Assembly: GCA_963715865.1 (NCBI GenBank)
Contig: OY970280.1
Span: 1,024,001 to 1,088,000 of the forward strand
Direction: 5' to 3'
Source of the DNA: Candidatus Bathyarchaeota archaeon
Lineage (GTDB): Archaea; Thermoproteota; Bathyarchaeia; Bathyarchaeales; Bathycorpusculaceae
DNA length: 64,000 nucleotides
The notes beneath the pieces were generated by a model, which ran no database searches, was not told where the DNA came from, and saw nothing but the letters and a program-made list of their open reading frames with translations. The position numbers and the translations under genes are program-made. Positions 46,372 to 56,683 of the stretch are shown here, piece by piece (position 1 is the stretch's first letter; every line of letters begins with the position of its first letter).

Positions 46372-47550
46372 ATGGACCTTTCAAACATACGCATAAAAGA
46401 ACACTTTGGAATAGTAACAAACGACACAAACACCACACAATTCAACTTCCTAGTCAGCCCCCCAAAAAACCGCGAAACCATCCAAAAACAGGACATAATC
46501 TGCCTTGACCACCCAACATACGGCGACGCATGCCAAGTACTCGCCGAAGTTAAAGAAATAACCAGCTATGAACAAGTCGCAGGCTCAACCATCGGCGACC
46601 GCATAGGAAAAATGTTAGCCACAGCCCAAATAATCGGCTACATCGACCTAAGAAACGAAGACCAGCCACTGCGCAAGCTACTTGTGCCGCCAAATCCTGG
46701 CAGCCGCATCTACATGCCCTACGCCTCATTCCTAGAAGACGCATTCAACCGAGGAACCGAAGGAAAACCCTATGTGCAGCCACTTCATCTGGGCAAAGCA
46801 GAAGTCTTCGCTGCCTCCCAGGAAGCTAACGACCAACAAATAAACTATTACCTAAACGCCGCTGACCTCATCAGCAAGCATACACTTATTTCTGCAGTAG
46901 ACGGAGCAGGAAAAACCCACATTGCCGCAGTCATCATTGAAGAACTTGCCAACAAAACCAGCCATCCAATAGTAATCTTCGACCCAAACAACGAATACAC
47001 CACAATAAGCACAGCCAAAAACCCAGACCAAAACTACCCATTCAACTTCCAAACCGCACTAATCAACTCCAACACCGCAAAGAACAGCCAAGACGCAATA
47101 GCGAAAAAAATCAAACAAGGCCAAGTCACCATAATAACTGCCGAAAACTTGACGCTCACCGAAAAAACCGAATACTACGCCAGCATCTTAAACGCATTAG
47201 CTAAAAGCAGACGAGAAAAAACCACACAGCCATTCCTCCTTGTAGTTGAGGACACAGAAAATCTCCCGCCTCAAGTAATCCAAGAAATTCTCACTACAAA
47301 AAATGACATAGCAACCATCCTCATCACATCCCACCCAACCATGCTAGGCGGAAAAGTCCTATCTCAAACACGAAACTACATCATCGGAAAAACCATCGAC
47401 CCACAGGATTTAGCCTACCTAAAAAACATGATCAGCGGATGTGACGAGCAGTTACCCAGCTTAGGCGTTGGCGAATGGGTAATCAACGGCTTAAACATTA
47501 TTCGCCCAACAAAAATCCACGTTAGAGAACGCTACTCCAAAGCAAAATAA
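46372..47550 (+). CDS. Degenerate HerA-like ATPase with N-terminal HAS-barrel
   Basis: Barrel region followed by HTLISAVDGAGKT, IVIFDPNNEY, divergent Walker B LVVEDTEN. Confidence 0.75.
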   Translation: MDLSNIRIKEHFGIVTNDTNTTQFNFLVSPPKNRETIQKQDIICLDHPTYGDACQVLAEVKEITSYEQVAGSTIGDRIGKMLATAQIIGYIDLRNEDQPLRKLLVPPNPGSRIYMPYASFLEDAFNRGTEGKPYVQPLHLGKAEVFAASQEANDQQINYYLNAADLISKHTLISAVDGAGKTHIAAVIIEELANKTSHPIVIFDPNNEYTTISTAKNPDQNYPFNFQTALINSNTAKNSQDAIAKKIKQGQVTIITAENLTLTEKTEYYASILNALAKSRREKTTQPFLLVVEDTENLPPQVIQEILTTKNDIATILITSHPTMLGGKVLSQTRNYIIGKTIDPQDLAYLKNMISGCDEQLPSLGVGEWVINGLNIIRPTKIHVRERYSKAK

Positions 47551-47641
47551 TCTTTTTTTAACCTTTGCCATTGATTTGTACTCCACAAACGTTTTATGTC
47601 AAATCCCTTCAAATACTACATTCAAAAGGGGAAAAACAGTC

Positions 47642-48091
47642 ATGAGTGAAAAGAAAAGATCACTAAACATAACCAACGTCCTCGGCGCTGTTCTCATAAT
47701 CGTATTAGTCGCCTTAAGCGTTTTATTAGGCGTTTACATCCAGCAAAACACCACCTTACAAGACAAAGACAACCAAATAGCTAGTCTCCAAAACCAATTA
47801 GCCACACCAAAACTCATAATTTTTGGCTTACAATACACAGATAACCGCTCAGATGCAAATGCGCCTTTCCTGCATATTACAGGCTATGTAGTTAATGTTG
47901 GAAGTGCTAAAGCAAACAACTGCACAATCTATGTTAACGCTGTACAAAGTGGAAACGTAACTGCTTTTGACACTACAACAACCATTACCTCACTTGATGC
48001 AGGAGCATACGAGGCTATAGACCTACAGTTTCCATACACAGGGCAAGCGTTAGTAGCGTATACTAGCCCACGTCTAGCATGGACTAACTAG
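47642..48091 (+). CDS. Membrane-anchored protein with coiled coil and Ig-like domain
   Basis: One TM, IASLQNQL coil, ITGYVVNVG. Confidence 0.7.
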   Translation: MSEKKRSLNITNVLGAVLIIVLVALSVLLGVYIQQNTTLQDKDNQIASLQNQLATPKLIIFGLQYTDNRSDANAPFLHITGYVVNVGSAKANNCTIYVNAVQSGNVTAFDTTTTITSLDAGAYEAIDLQFPYTGQALVAYTSPRLAWTN

Positions 48092-48172
48092 GCAAACCCA
48101 GCTTTTTTTATATTTTTAAGTAGAAAACACTTAGTTTAAAAAATAAAGTTAATTTTTTTATAGTTAGCGATG

Positions 48173-48595
48173 TCATGGAGGATAGGTGCAAGAGGCCGAG
48201 TTTCCCAGAGTAGTAACAACCTTGAATGATACTTTTCCTGAGCTGTAATGAGATGGTATCAGTACAGATGAACCTGCGGGTACTTTATTGCTAAGCGTAT
48301 AGTTAGAATGCATCTGATCTGGGCCGCCGCTACCGGATTTAAGGTCTACCCATAACATGGTAAGTTGGGCATCCATTCCACCCACATTAGTTACGTTTAA
48401 GTTTAAGCGGTCAGCGGTTAGACTTACCGTGATGGGCGTGTTAATTTTTTCAACATACATGTCGTTCATCTCTTTGGTGGCGGCATCATGCCACAGGTAG
48501 ACATTCGTGAAAAAGAACAATAGTATGACGATAAACATTATTGTACCAATTACTTCGGCTGTTCCCTTGCGATTTTTAATTATTCTTTTCCACAT
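48173..48595 (-). CDS. Minor pilin-like protein
   Basis: KNRKG|TAEVIGTIMFIVILL class III signal. Confidence 0.8.
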   Translation of the reverse strand: MWKRIIKNRKGTAEVIGTIMFIVILLFFFTNVYLWHDAATKEMNDMYVEKINTPITVSLTADRLNLNVTNVGGMDAQLTMLWVDLKSGSGGPDQMHSNYTLSNKVPAGSSVLIPSHYSSGKVSFKVVTTLGNSASCTYPP

Positions 48596-48614
48596 TTTTT
48601 CTTCACCTCACATT

Positions 48615-49073
48615 TCACGGGGCATCGATTGATTCCACAAAACTCGAGCCTCGCACCGTATTTACTTTGAACACATAAGTGGCGCCACTTATCCAACTTG
48701 ATGATGCTTGAACAGTGATCGGTACATGAGCGCCAACTGGTACGGGAATATTAAAATTAATAGTGGATGATCCATTAGTGGCTGCTACTCCATTGATATA
48801 GATCACGTTAATTGTGGCACCAATTTGTCCTGAGTTGTAGACACAAAGCATTACATGATTGGTGTACTGTAATGGTGAATCTGTAGAGTTTAGACAAATA
48901 TCCTCGATTGTTAAGGATTCCATTACTGAACTGCCTATTCCAGCCTTGTAATTCTGTGCGTAAACAGCAACGTAAGCAAACAGTAAACTCATGCCAACCA
49001 TAACAACCATTATCATCAAGATTGTAGAAATGACCGTTGAAAGACCCTTTTTATTCCTGTAAAGTTTTCTCAT
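48615..49073 (-). CDS. Minor pilin-like protein
   Basis: RNKKG|LSTVISTILMIMVVM class III signal. Confidence 0.85.
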   Translation of the reverse strand: MRKLYRNKKGLSTVISTILMIMVVMVGMSLLFAYVAVYAQNYKAGIGSSVMESLTIEDICLNSTDSPLQYTNHVMLCVYNSGQIGATINVIYINGVAATNGSSTINFNIPVPVGAHVPITVQASSSWISGATYVFKVNTVRGSSFVESIDAP

Positions 49074-49077
49074 GTTT

Positions 49078-49926
49078 TCACACCCAACTCGGCGGAATTG
49101 CAAAGAAGAATATTGCATACCCTACGATACTTAGGATTATGGCGTGTTTTAAGCCGCCTGCCACTCGCCGCTCCCCAAGCTTTCCAGCCATCAACCCGCC
49201 AGTAACCGCGGAAACCAGCATGTCCTCATAGAAGAAGTTTTTCAATCCGCTTGTGCTACCCAATGAAACTTGGCTCATGATTTGCGGCGCTCCTTGCATG
49301 GGAGCAAGGAAAGACCGCACAAGAAGGATTGCTGTAACTATAAAGACGAAAAAAGCCGCGTAAATTATGATTATGTAGGGTTTCATCTGGGCACTTGTTT
49401 CCTTGTCCATGTCGTTCATTTCCTCCATGAAACCCGATGTGGCAGTGAAAACCTTCTTTATTGTGCCACCTGAGCGACTTGCCTCAAGCACCAAAGCGCA
49501 GAACCTGTTTACTATTGGCGAATTGATGCGCTCTTTGAAGTTGATCAGAGCCTGTTCGAAGGATGTCCCCCAAGACATTTGAACGGTCAGCTTCTTGACT
49601 TCGTCAGACAACGGATGCCCTATCATCTTGTTGTCAACGACTTTTTCCAATGCCTTAACTAAAGTTAATCCGGTTTCCTGAGATTCCGAAACTCCACGCA
49701 CTAGAAGGGGCATTTGGTCCTCTATTGCTGAAACCCATCTTTGGTTTTCGTAGTCGAGTATTGCAGAAGGGACTATGATTACAAGGACTGCCACTAGGAA
49801 TATTTCGTTAGCATAAACCGTTAGGGCATTGGAATCAGTTATGGCCAATATGGCAACGTCTATTAGAACCAACATAATGGAAACAACAGCGGTGATCTGC
49901 CTTTTTTTCTTTGATACCTGGCGCAT
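49078..49926 (-). CDS. TadC/type II secretion F-family membrane platform protein
   Basis: ESQETGLTL..AL, G.SFEQAL, EASRSGG, GGLMAGKL. Confidence 0.85.
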   Translation of the reverse strand: MRQVSKKKRQITAVVSIMLVLIDVAILAITDSNALTVYANEIFLVAVLVIIVPSAILDYENQRWVSAIEDQMPLLVRGVSESQETGLTLVKALEKVVDNKMIGHPLSDEVKKLTVQMSWGTSFEQALINFKERINSPIVNRFCALVLEASRSGGTIKKVFTATSGFMEEMNDMDKETSAQMKPYIIIIYAAFFVFIVTAILLVRSFLAPMQGAPQIMSQVSLGSTSGLKNFFYEDMLVSAVTGGLMAGKLGERRVAGGLKHAIILSIVGYAIFFFAIPPSWV

Positions 49927-49931
49927 TTTCT

Positions 49932-50798
49932 TTACCTCGGGGGAGTCATCGAATCAATCATCAATAGAAGTATGCCCACACCTGCAGGCGTTATCACGAA
50001 CGCTACGAGCATAAGTATCACCTGTGGGTCAAGGTTGCCTAACATTGATGCGCCACCGCCCAAAAAGGACATTATCGAGAGCATAACCACAAGTGCCAGC
50101 GGAAGAGCAATCATGAAGCTAACGTAGACTTCAGCCATGCCACCTAAACTCTCTAAGTAACTCTTCATCGATGCAACCCTTACTTTTTTGTACTTCTCAG
50201 ACTCTTCCCGCAAATAGGCAGCCAAGTCTCCACCCATGTGCGAAGTGGTCACAATACCGTCAAGCATTGCACCGAACTTTCTTGAAGCTGACCTTAAAGA
50301 ACCGCTTCTCAGAGCAGCGTTAAGGTCTAAACCTAATAGTTCAATATCAGCAATTATTCTGCGCAATTCTTCACCTACACCAAATTCGTCTCCAACATTA
50401 GCTAGTGAACGAAAAATGCGCTCTGGAGGCATACCAGCACTGGCAAGAACAGCCATGAAGTTTGCAGTAAGCGGAAGGTTGGCTTCTATTTTCCTTGCTC
50501 TTGAAGAGATTTCGAGCAAGGGGTATATGTAGCATATGCCAAGCGAAGAAAAAAGGGCTACCAAACCAATTAAGACAGAGAACAAAATAGAGGAGTATAA
50601 GAACATTGGGAACAAGAAGGAGGATAAGAGCATTGAGAACAAGAAGGCTACAATTCCCGAAACAACTGAAGCGAACAGCATTAATCCCATGTAGGCTTGG
50701 AAGGTAATTCTTAAGCTCGTTTTCGCCAAGTTCTTTTGTAAACTCTCAAACTTGGAAAAGATACTTTTTGGTATTAGGTTGGATATTCGCAGGAACAA
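49932..50798 (-). CDS. TadC/type II secretion F-family membrane platform protein
   Basis: IEANLP, LASAGMPP..IF, LGLDL..AL, SHMGGDL..YL. Confidence 0.85.
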   Translation of the reverse strand: MFLRISNLIPKSIFSKFESLQKNLAKTSLRITFQAYMGLMLFASVVSGIVAFLFSMLLSSFLFPMFLYSSILFSVLIGLVALFSSLGICYIYPLLEISSRARKIEANLPLTANFMAVLASAGMPPERIFRSLANVGDEFGVGEELRRIIADIELLGLDLNAALRSGSLRSASRKFGAMLDGIVTTSHMGGDLAAYLREESEKYKKVRVASMKSYLESLGGMAEVYVSFMIALPLALVVMLSIMSFLGGGASMLGNLDPQVILMLVAFVITPAGVGILLLMIDSMTPPR

Positions 50799-50811
50799 GG
50801 TTAGCAGTTGT

Positions 50812-52472
50812 TTATTCGTTTTTCAGGGCCTCCGCGAGAATAGGCTCTGGGTTTTCAAGGTAACTTCTGACTATGTTTGAGACGCCCTTGTAGTTTCGCA
50901 CATTGTTTTTAACCATCCACTGTATAACTTTAGCCCTACGTTGGATCTCTTCACTTGCTTGTTCGGTGGTTATGCCTGTTTTCTCAGCAATTTTCTCTAT
51001 GATGTAACTCCTACCGGTAAAATCAAAAGTGTCTTCAGCAGGGTTCCATCTATAAACTTCGTTTGTAAGGATTTCTCCTGAACGGGGATCCAGACCTACT
51101 ATTTCGGAGGTTGAGACGGTTTTCCTCACGGGTTTGCCGCCTATTTCGACTCTCTTTTGAACAAGAATTATGTCTATTCCAGCGATAAGTGTTCTCGGAA
51201 TATTCATTGGCGCTGACTCTAACCGATATACACGTTGATTCTACTGATTCTGCATGAACCGTTGACATTCCAAGGTGACCTGTGCTTACAGCCTGGAAGA
51301 GAGTGTAAGCTTCTGCTCCTCTGATTTCACCCACAATGATGTAGTCGGGTCTTTGTCTAAGTGAGGCTTTGAGCAGGTCAAAGAGGGAGATATCTGCGTT
51401 TTCTGTGGAAAGCCCAAAATGTGTTCTTGTAGCAGCGGGAATCCAGTTTTCGTGTGGAAGATTCAGTTCAGGAGTATCTTCGATTGATACGACTTTCAGG
51501 TCTGGCTTAATGAACATGCTTAAGCAGTTAAGTAAGGTGGTTTTGCCCGCTGCGATTCCTCCTGCAACCAGAATTGAAACTCTGTTTTCAACTGCATACC
51601 AGAAGAAAGCAGCCATCTCAGGCGAGAGAGAATTAAAGCTTACAAGGTCTGTGACTGTGAAGGGGTCCAGCTTGAATTTTCTGATAGTGAAAGTGGAGCC
51701 TTTGCGTGTGACTTCGCTTCCGTAGGTTAAGTTGATTCGGCTGCCGTCCGGCAAGCTTGCATCTAGCAGTGGCTGCGCTATTGAGACGTGGCTTCCACAG
51801 AGGTAAGCAAGTCTGAGGGCATTTGTGTCGAGTTCATCGGCAGTTTCGAAGCGAATGTTGGTCGGGATGGACTCAAATTTTCTGTGCCAAATGTAAAGGG
51901 GCACGTTGATTCCATCGCATGAAACGTCTTCGATTAATGGATCACGCATGAGTGGATCTATTTTTCCATACCCAAGATTGTCCCTGACGACATAATAGAG
52001 CAGTTTGCCGCGGGTTTCAGACGTTGGATTAAAACGGTAATCATCAAATATTTCATTGCATTTTTTAATCAGATATTCTCCAGCGGCCTGTTTTGAATGC
52101 AGTTCCGTTGGCTTAAGCTGTAACACTTCATTTAGAATTCCTTTCAAGCGCTGGAGATCTGTAACATCAGTTTTGTTAAGCTGTGGCTCTTCCACAGTAT
52201 AAGTGATGTTGCCTCTGACCACATCTCGGGTTACATTGACATAAGCATAAGGTGCGTTAAGCGGGTAATTTTCTAAAACAGCTAACATTCTTGATAGGAG
52301 CTTGCATATCAGCCCCAGATATCCCAAGCGCTATGCCTTGATTATCCAAGTTCGATGAAAGCGGATTCTCCGCAGCTTTGTTTTCGCTACCTAAATTTTC
52401 TTGCGAAGTACCTGCAGGTTTCTTTCGATTAAACAATTTCAATTTCCCTATCTGCCTTAAGTGGAATACCAT
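50812..52472 (-). pseudogene. Pilus assembly ATPase (TadA/VirB11/ArlI family), split by two apparent +1 frameshifts
   Basis: GYGKIDPLMRDP.IEDVS, AGGIAAGKTT, LRQRPDYIIVGEIRGAE; joins needed near 52283 and at 51232 (ST|VYRLESAPMNIPR). Confidence 0.85.
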
Positions 52473-52553
52473 TGCTACATCATCCTTGGTTAAATCAGTT
52501 GTTATTTTAAGTTAAAAATATAGGAAAAAAGGGTTTTGTAAGCGATCACTTTC

Positions 52554-53019
52554 TTATGGGAATGACTGTGTTACTTGACTGAATGTTCCGCCTGTTGTAG
52601 TAACCTTGGCAGTCACGGTCACACTTGTTTGTGTACCTGATGTTATCAGACCAGTGTAGCCTGTAACCCCGATCGCCAAAGTTGATTGCGGTTGTATAGT
52701 GGTAGAGCTCGTTATGTTAGTGGCATATTGTGCACCGTTGACATAAACAGAGTTAGCATCGATATTCACGGCTCCATCACCGACATTTTGGGCATATATC
52801 ACTAATCTGCCCGGAGTAACGCCGACTGTTGCGTTTGCCATACTTTGTATTTGTATTGCTGAACCTGTTTTACCTGTTTGGAACCCTACGTATCCCATGA
52901 CCCAAGCGTAGACTACAAGTGACGCTACGACTGCAACGGCAATCATTAATAGCACTGAAATTACTGGTGAGATCGCTTTCAGATTTCTACGAAATTTACG
53001 GAATTTTTTAAAGTTTCAT
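52554..53019 (-). CDS. Short (probable major) archaeal pilin; ATG separated from the body by a +1 shift
   Basis: ATG AAA CTT TAA at 53019; the +1 frame gives KKFRKFRRNLKA|ISPVISVLLMIAVAVVAS. Confidence 0.8.
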
Positions 53020-53256
53020 TTTTCACTTCTCCTTCTTAAGGAATCTTGATACTTAATTTAAGAACGCTTGCTTAAAAACAACTATGCAATAATGTTCTAC
53101 CTAAATTTGATATAATACCAATAACGAAATAACCATTAAGACTCAATAAGAAAAATCCCAGCCATAAAATTCACAGAAAATACATGAATTATTACATCGC
53201 TTCAATTGAAAAACGTTATAACACAGCAATTCACAAATAAGATAAGGAAGCCAAAC

Positions 53257-53907
53257 ATGAAACTTGTAAAAACAGGAATCGCAGGTCTCGATGAATTCCT
53301 AACTGGAGGCCTACCGCCTAAAATACTCCTTCTCACAGGTTTACCAGGCGCAGGAAACGAAATATTCGCCAGACAAATCGCGTACACAAGGGCAAAACAA
53401 ATCGGAATAACCTACTTCACCGTAAACGCAACCGCAGACAGCGTGAAAGAAGACATGGTAGCTTACAACTGGGACACCACACCACTAGAAGCCACCGGAA
53501 ACTGGAAATTCAAAACCTTAACAAAAACCAACCACTTAGAAGAAACCGTAATCGAAGAAATGAAACAACACCGAACAATCATCATAGACTCACTTTCCGA
53601 ATTGCTCCTCACACGCAAAATCGAAGAAGCCATCAACCTCCTCACCGCAATGTCCCGCCAAAACAAAAACACCGAAGAATACCACCTACTCCTCCTGACC
53701 GAAGGGATGCAAGACCCAAAAGCTGAAACCGCAATGCAACACTTCGCCGAAGGCGTAATAATATTCAACACCACATGGACAACAGACACCACACACAGAG
53801 ACATCCTGATAAAGAAGATGAAAGGCACCTTTGTACCAACACGAAGACTACCATACACAATCAGCAAAAAAGGATTCATCATAGAAACAGCCACTAGAAT
53901 AACATAA
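53257..53907 (+). CDS. KaiC/RAD55-family RecA-superfamily protein with degenerate Walker A
   Basis: TGIAGLDEFLTGG, TGLPGAGNE, IIIDSLS, AEGVIIF, KKMKG. Confidence 0.85.
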   Translation: MKLVKTGIAGLDEFLTGGLPPKILLLTGLPGAGNEIFARQIAYTRAKQIGITYFTVNATADSVKEDMVAYNWDTTPLEATGNWKFKTLTKTNHLEETVIEEMKQHRTIIIDSLSELLLTRKIEEAINLLTAMSRQNKNTEEYHLLLLTEGMQDPKAETAMQHFAEGVIIFNTTWTTDTTHRDILIKKMKGTFVPTRRLPYTISKKGFIIETATRIT

Positions 53908-53989
53908 CAAACCCCTCAAACACAAAAACCTAAACATACTACAAATCATTAGCCAAAATTCATAATTTACTTATCACGAAAAACGATAC

Positions 53990-54214
53990 ATGTCCAACGA
54001 TGATACAATGAAGCCAATTCATAACAACTGGAACGAACTCTTCCATGATTGCATGCTAATAATTTTTGTATGCGGAACAATCGGTATAGCGGTAAAATTC
54101 GTAACCTTCTTCAATCAATGGGTTTATTTCCCATCATTCCCAAACGCGCTGGACTCAACATTCCTCATCTCTGCAGTTATGTACCTCGCCTGGAAATCAC
54201 GCAAAGGCAAATAA
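53990..54214 (+). CDS. Small hypothetical membrane protein
   Basis: Two hydrophobic segments, basic C-terminus. Confidence 0.5.
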   Translation: MSNDDTMKPIHNNWNELFHDCMLIIFVCGTIGIAVKFVTFFNQWVYFPSFPNALDSTFLISAVMYLAWKSRKGK

Positions 54215-54333
54215 TCTCTGATCATTCAACCAATGCCATGAAAATTCGCTTATCAATAACCTAAGACCTTTGTTAAAAAAAGAGATAGACGAACCTTGAA
54301 AGAACAAATTCAAAGCGAAGTTACATAGAAAAA

Positions 54334-54543
54334 TTGATCGACATCAATTGCCGACTAAGCGAATTCCTTAAAGAAAAGAAAATCATAAAGCGTCTCATAA
54401 AAATCTCATGCGCAGTCCAAGGCGTGAATGCTTTGATGGACGGTTTCTTATGGTTCACCTCAGGCTTCCACGTGCCTTCATGGACCATCTCCACACTTGT
54501 CGTCGGCTACTCAGTCATACTCCTAGCCTACGACAGACTATAA
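54334..54543 (+). CDS. Small hypothetical membrane protein
   Basis: Two hydrophobic segments. Confidence 0.4.
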   Translation: MIDINCRLSEFLKEKKIIKRLIKISCAVQGVNALMDGFLWFTSGFHVPSWTISTLVVGYSVILLAYDRL

Positions 54544-54691
54544 GTGCCTCTTACTCCGCCCTAGTTTAGACGTGGGATTTGACTCTGCGGTACTCCTCAG
54601 TTAGCTGTCATAGGATTGCTTTAAATAATGCACTTCAGAGTTCGCGAACGCTTCAATTTTGTAAATGCATTTAAATAATTTCCCCAAACTT

Positions 54692-56047
54692 TCAAACAAA
54701 AGAAGAATGCCAGCCCTCAATCATACGCTTCTCTTCTAAGTTCTGTTTTTCTAAGCCATAACGCCTCAACGGCTTAGTGAGATGCCTTTGCGACCTAGTA
54801 GAAGTAATGTATAAACCAGGCTTGAGTGGTCTTGGAATTAAAACCTCTTTTTTACTGTAGTCACTGAATCTTTCACCGCATTTTTCACAGCGGAATCCTT
54901 GGTTTTTGCCCATGGATTTCAATCGTTTACCACAGTTAGGGCAAAGCGGATTTTCCAAAAGCGTTTTTGGTTTAAGGTCTAAGATGTAGATTTTTTCCAG
55001 ATTAATTGTCAACGGCTTGCTTGATGTTGGCTTATGTACGGCTCCATAAACTTCAACGCTGTCGCCAACGATGAGTTCTCTTGCGATTTTGCGAAGGCCG
55101 CCTGTTGGCTCGTAAGCAGCGCAATCCACTTCCGCCGAATCATCCTTAATTGAAAAGATAACGTGGCGCAAGGGAACTATCCGCGGGTTCCGTGAAACAA
55201 CGCCTTTAGCTATGACTGAACTGTATGGTTCAATCCTGCTTAACGCTTCAACATGCTTTAGGTGAGCATCTGTGCCTTGGTTTGAACGGAAAATAACCCA
55301 GCGCTCAACAGGTTCAAGCGGCTTAACCAGCCCGTAAGCTTTCTTTACTATTTCTGGTGATTCGCCTCTGATGCCGAAGAGAATTGGGTCTGGACCTCGT
55401 GGCGTAATGATTACCCGTCGTTTCTCTGAATCCACATTGTTAAAAGTGTACGGCTGCGTCTGTTTATCCATTTCAAAAATTGATGGCTCATCAACTTTTC
55501 TTTTAGAGCCCCAATTTTGCGGTGTTCTATAAGCAATTAACTCGTAGGTGTGGTCGCCTTCGAGGGTTTCGCCAATTGCTGCTAAAGCGCCGATGATGCC
55601 TCTGCAAGAATTAAAGCCTAACGCTTCAGCCTCAAACTTTTTGATAAGCGCCATGGCTTCCTTGAGTGTTACAATGCTTGTTTCAGTTTTTTTCGCAAAA
55701 ACCCCAAGTTCCTCTGAGATTTCTTGCCCTTTCAAAAAAACTATTCCAGGATCCGTGCCTTTCTCTTTGATGGCTGAGTTTTCTTCCCATAAAGTTATAG
55801 CTGCATCTTTTATTTCCCCTTCAAGCTCGGCGTCATGTTTGAATCTTAGGCATAGGGCGCCGTTGCCTCTTGTTTTCCATGGCACGTTAGGATTAAGCCT
55901 AATCAAGCTTGGGTAATCAATAAATTGGACTTGGAACTTTGCAAGTTTTTCGACGAGTAATGCAGCAAGATAAGTAGTGCATCCACCTTTCGTTGAGTCT
56001 GTGTCGTCTAACCCAATGTGCATTACCTGTTGTTTAGTCAAAGGCAA
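54692..56047 (-). CDS. tiaS: tRNA(Ile2) agmatinylcytidine synthetase
   Basis: HIGLDDTDS..GGCTTY, RLNPNVPWKTRGNGA, CAAYEPTG, NPLCPNCG..LKSMG..QGFRC. Confidence 0.95.
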   Translation of the reverse strand: MPLTKQQVMHIGLDDTDSTKGGCTTYLAALLVEKLAKFQVQFIDYPSLIRLNPNVPWKTRGNGALCLRFKHDAELEGEIKDAAITLWEENSAIKEKGTDPGIVFLKGQEISEELGVFAKKTETSIVTLKEAMALIKKFEAEALGFNSCRGIIGALAAIGETLEGDHTYELIAYRTPQNWGSKRKVDEPSIFEMDKQTQPYTFNNVDSEKRRVIITPRGPDPILFGIRGESPEIVKKAYGLVKPLEPVERWVIFRSNQGTDAHLKHVEALSRIEPYSSVIAKGVVSRNPRIVPLRHVIFSIKDDSAEVDCAAYEPTGGLRKIARELIVGDSVEVYGAVHKPTSSKPLTINLEKIYILDLKPKTLLENPLCPNCGKRLKSMGKNQGFRCEKCGERFSDYSKKEVLIPRPLKPGLYITSTRSQRHLTKPLRRYGLEKQNLEEKRMIEGWHSSFV

Positions 56048-56127
56048 CTATTCTCCAAGTCAAACTAGAGAATTAAGCTGCGAAGCTAAAAAATATTGTT
56101 TAGCCTAAAGCTGAGTTTAGCTTTGAC

Positions 56128-56415
56128 TTATAGGAGAATAGGATTTTGTTCAAAAATTACTTGCTCTTGCAGTGTTGTTTGCGGTTTCTCAGCTATTACC
56201 ATGGTTAATTTTGAATTTATTTTGCCGATTTTCTCAATTCTTTTAGTTATGATGAATTTGAGTTTCTCCATATTGTCTGCTTTTATGTTTGCGATTATGT
56301 CGTAGACCCCCCAGAGGGTGTGCGCTTCTTCGACACCTTCAATTTTTTTTAGCGCATTCAGTACCTGGTTTTCAGCTCCTATTTCAGTATTTAAGAGAAC
56401 CCATGCAACTGGCAA
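56128..56415 (-). CDS. Stand-alone Lrp/AsnC ligand-binding domain protein
   Basis: AWVLLNTE.G....L..IEGVEEAH..WGVYDIIA; no HTH. Confidence 0.85.
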   Translation of the reverse strand: MPVAWVLLNTEIGAENQVLNALKKIEGVEEAHTLWGVYDIIANIKADNMEKLKFIITKRIEKIGKINSKLTMVIAEKPQTTLQEQVIFEQNPILL

Positions 56416-56683
56416 TTTTTTTTAACTCTCCTTTAGTTTTGAGGTGGTTGGCTTCAGAGGCCTGGGTGCTCTTTCTTGTTCAAGGGGAACGAAAAAAGGT
56501 TCAATGTGAAACCAGACTTCTTCATCCAACCAATAAAAAATTCGGTGCATCTGTAAATAGTGAGAGCTCTTACTATAATTTGGCTACTCCCAGGCATGTT
56601 ATCTTGGATTTGCAAGTTCGCTTTCATTCTCTCACTACTCAGACACACATAAGTATAAATCGGTTGCAAAAAATTTAAAACTA

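Noticed and set aside
56454-56669. 71-aa minus-strand ORF
   Set aside because: No recognisable motif or convincing RBS; left uncalled.
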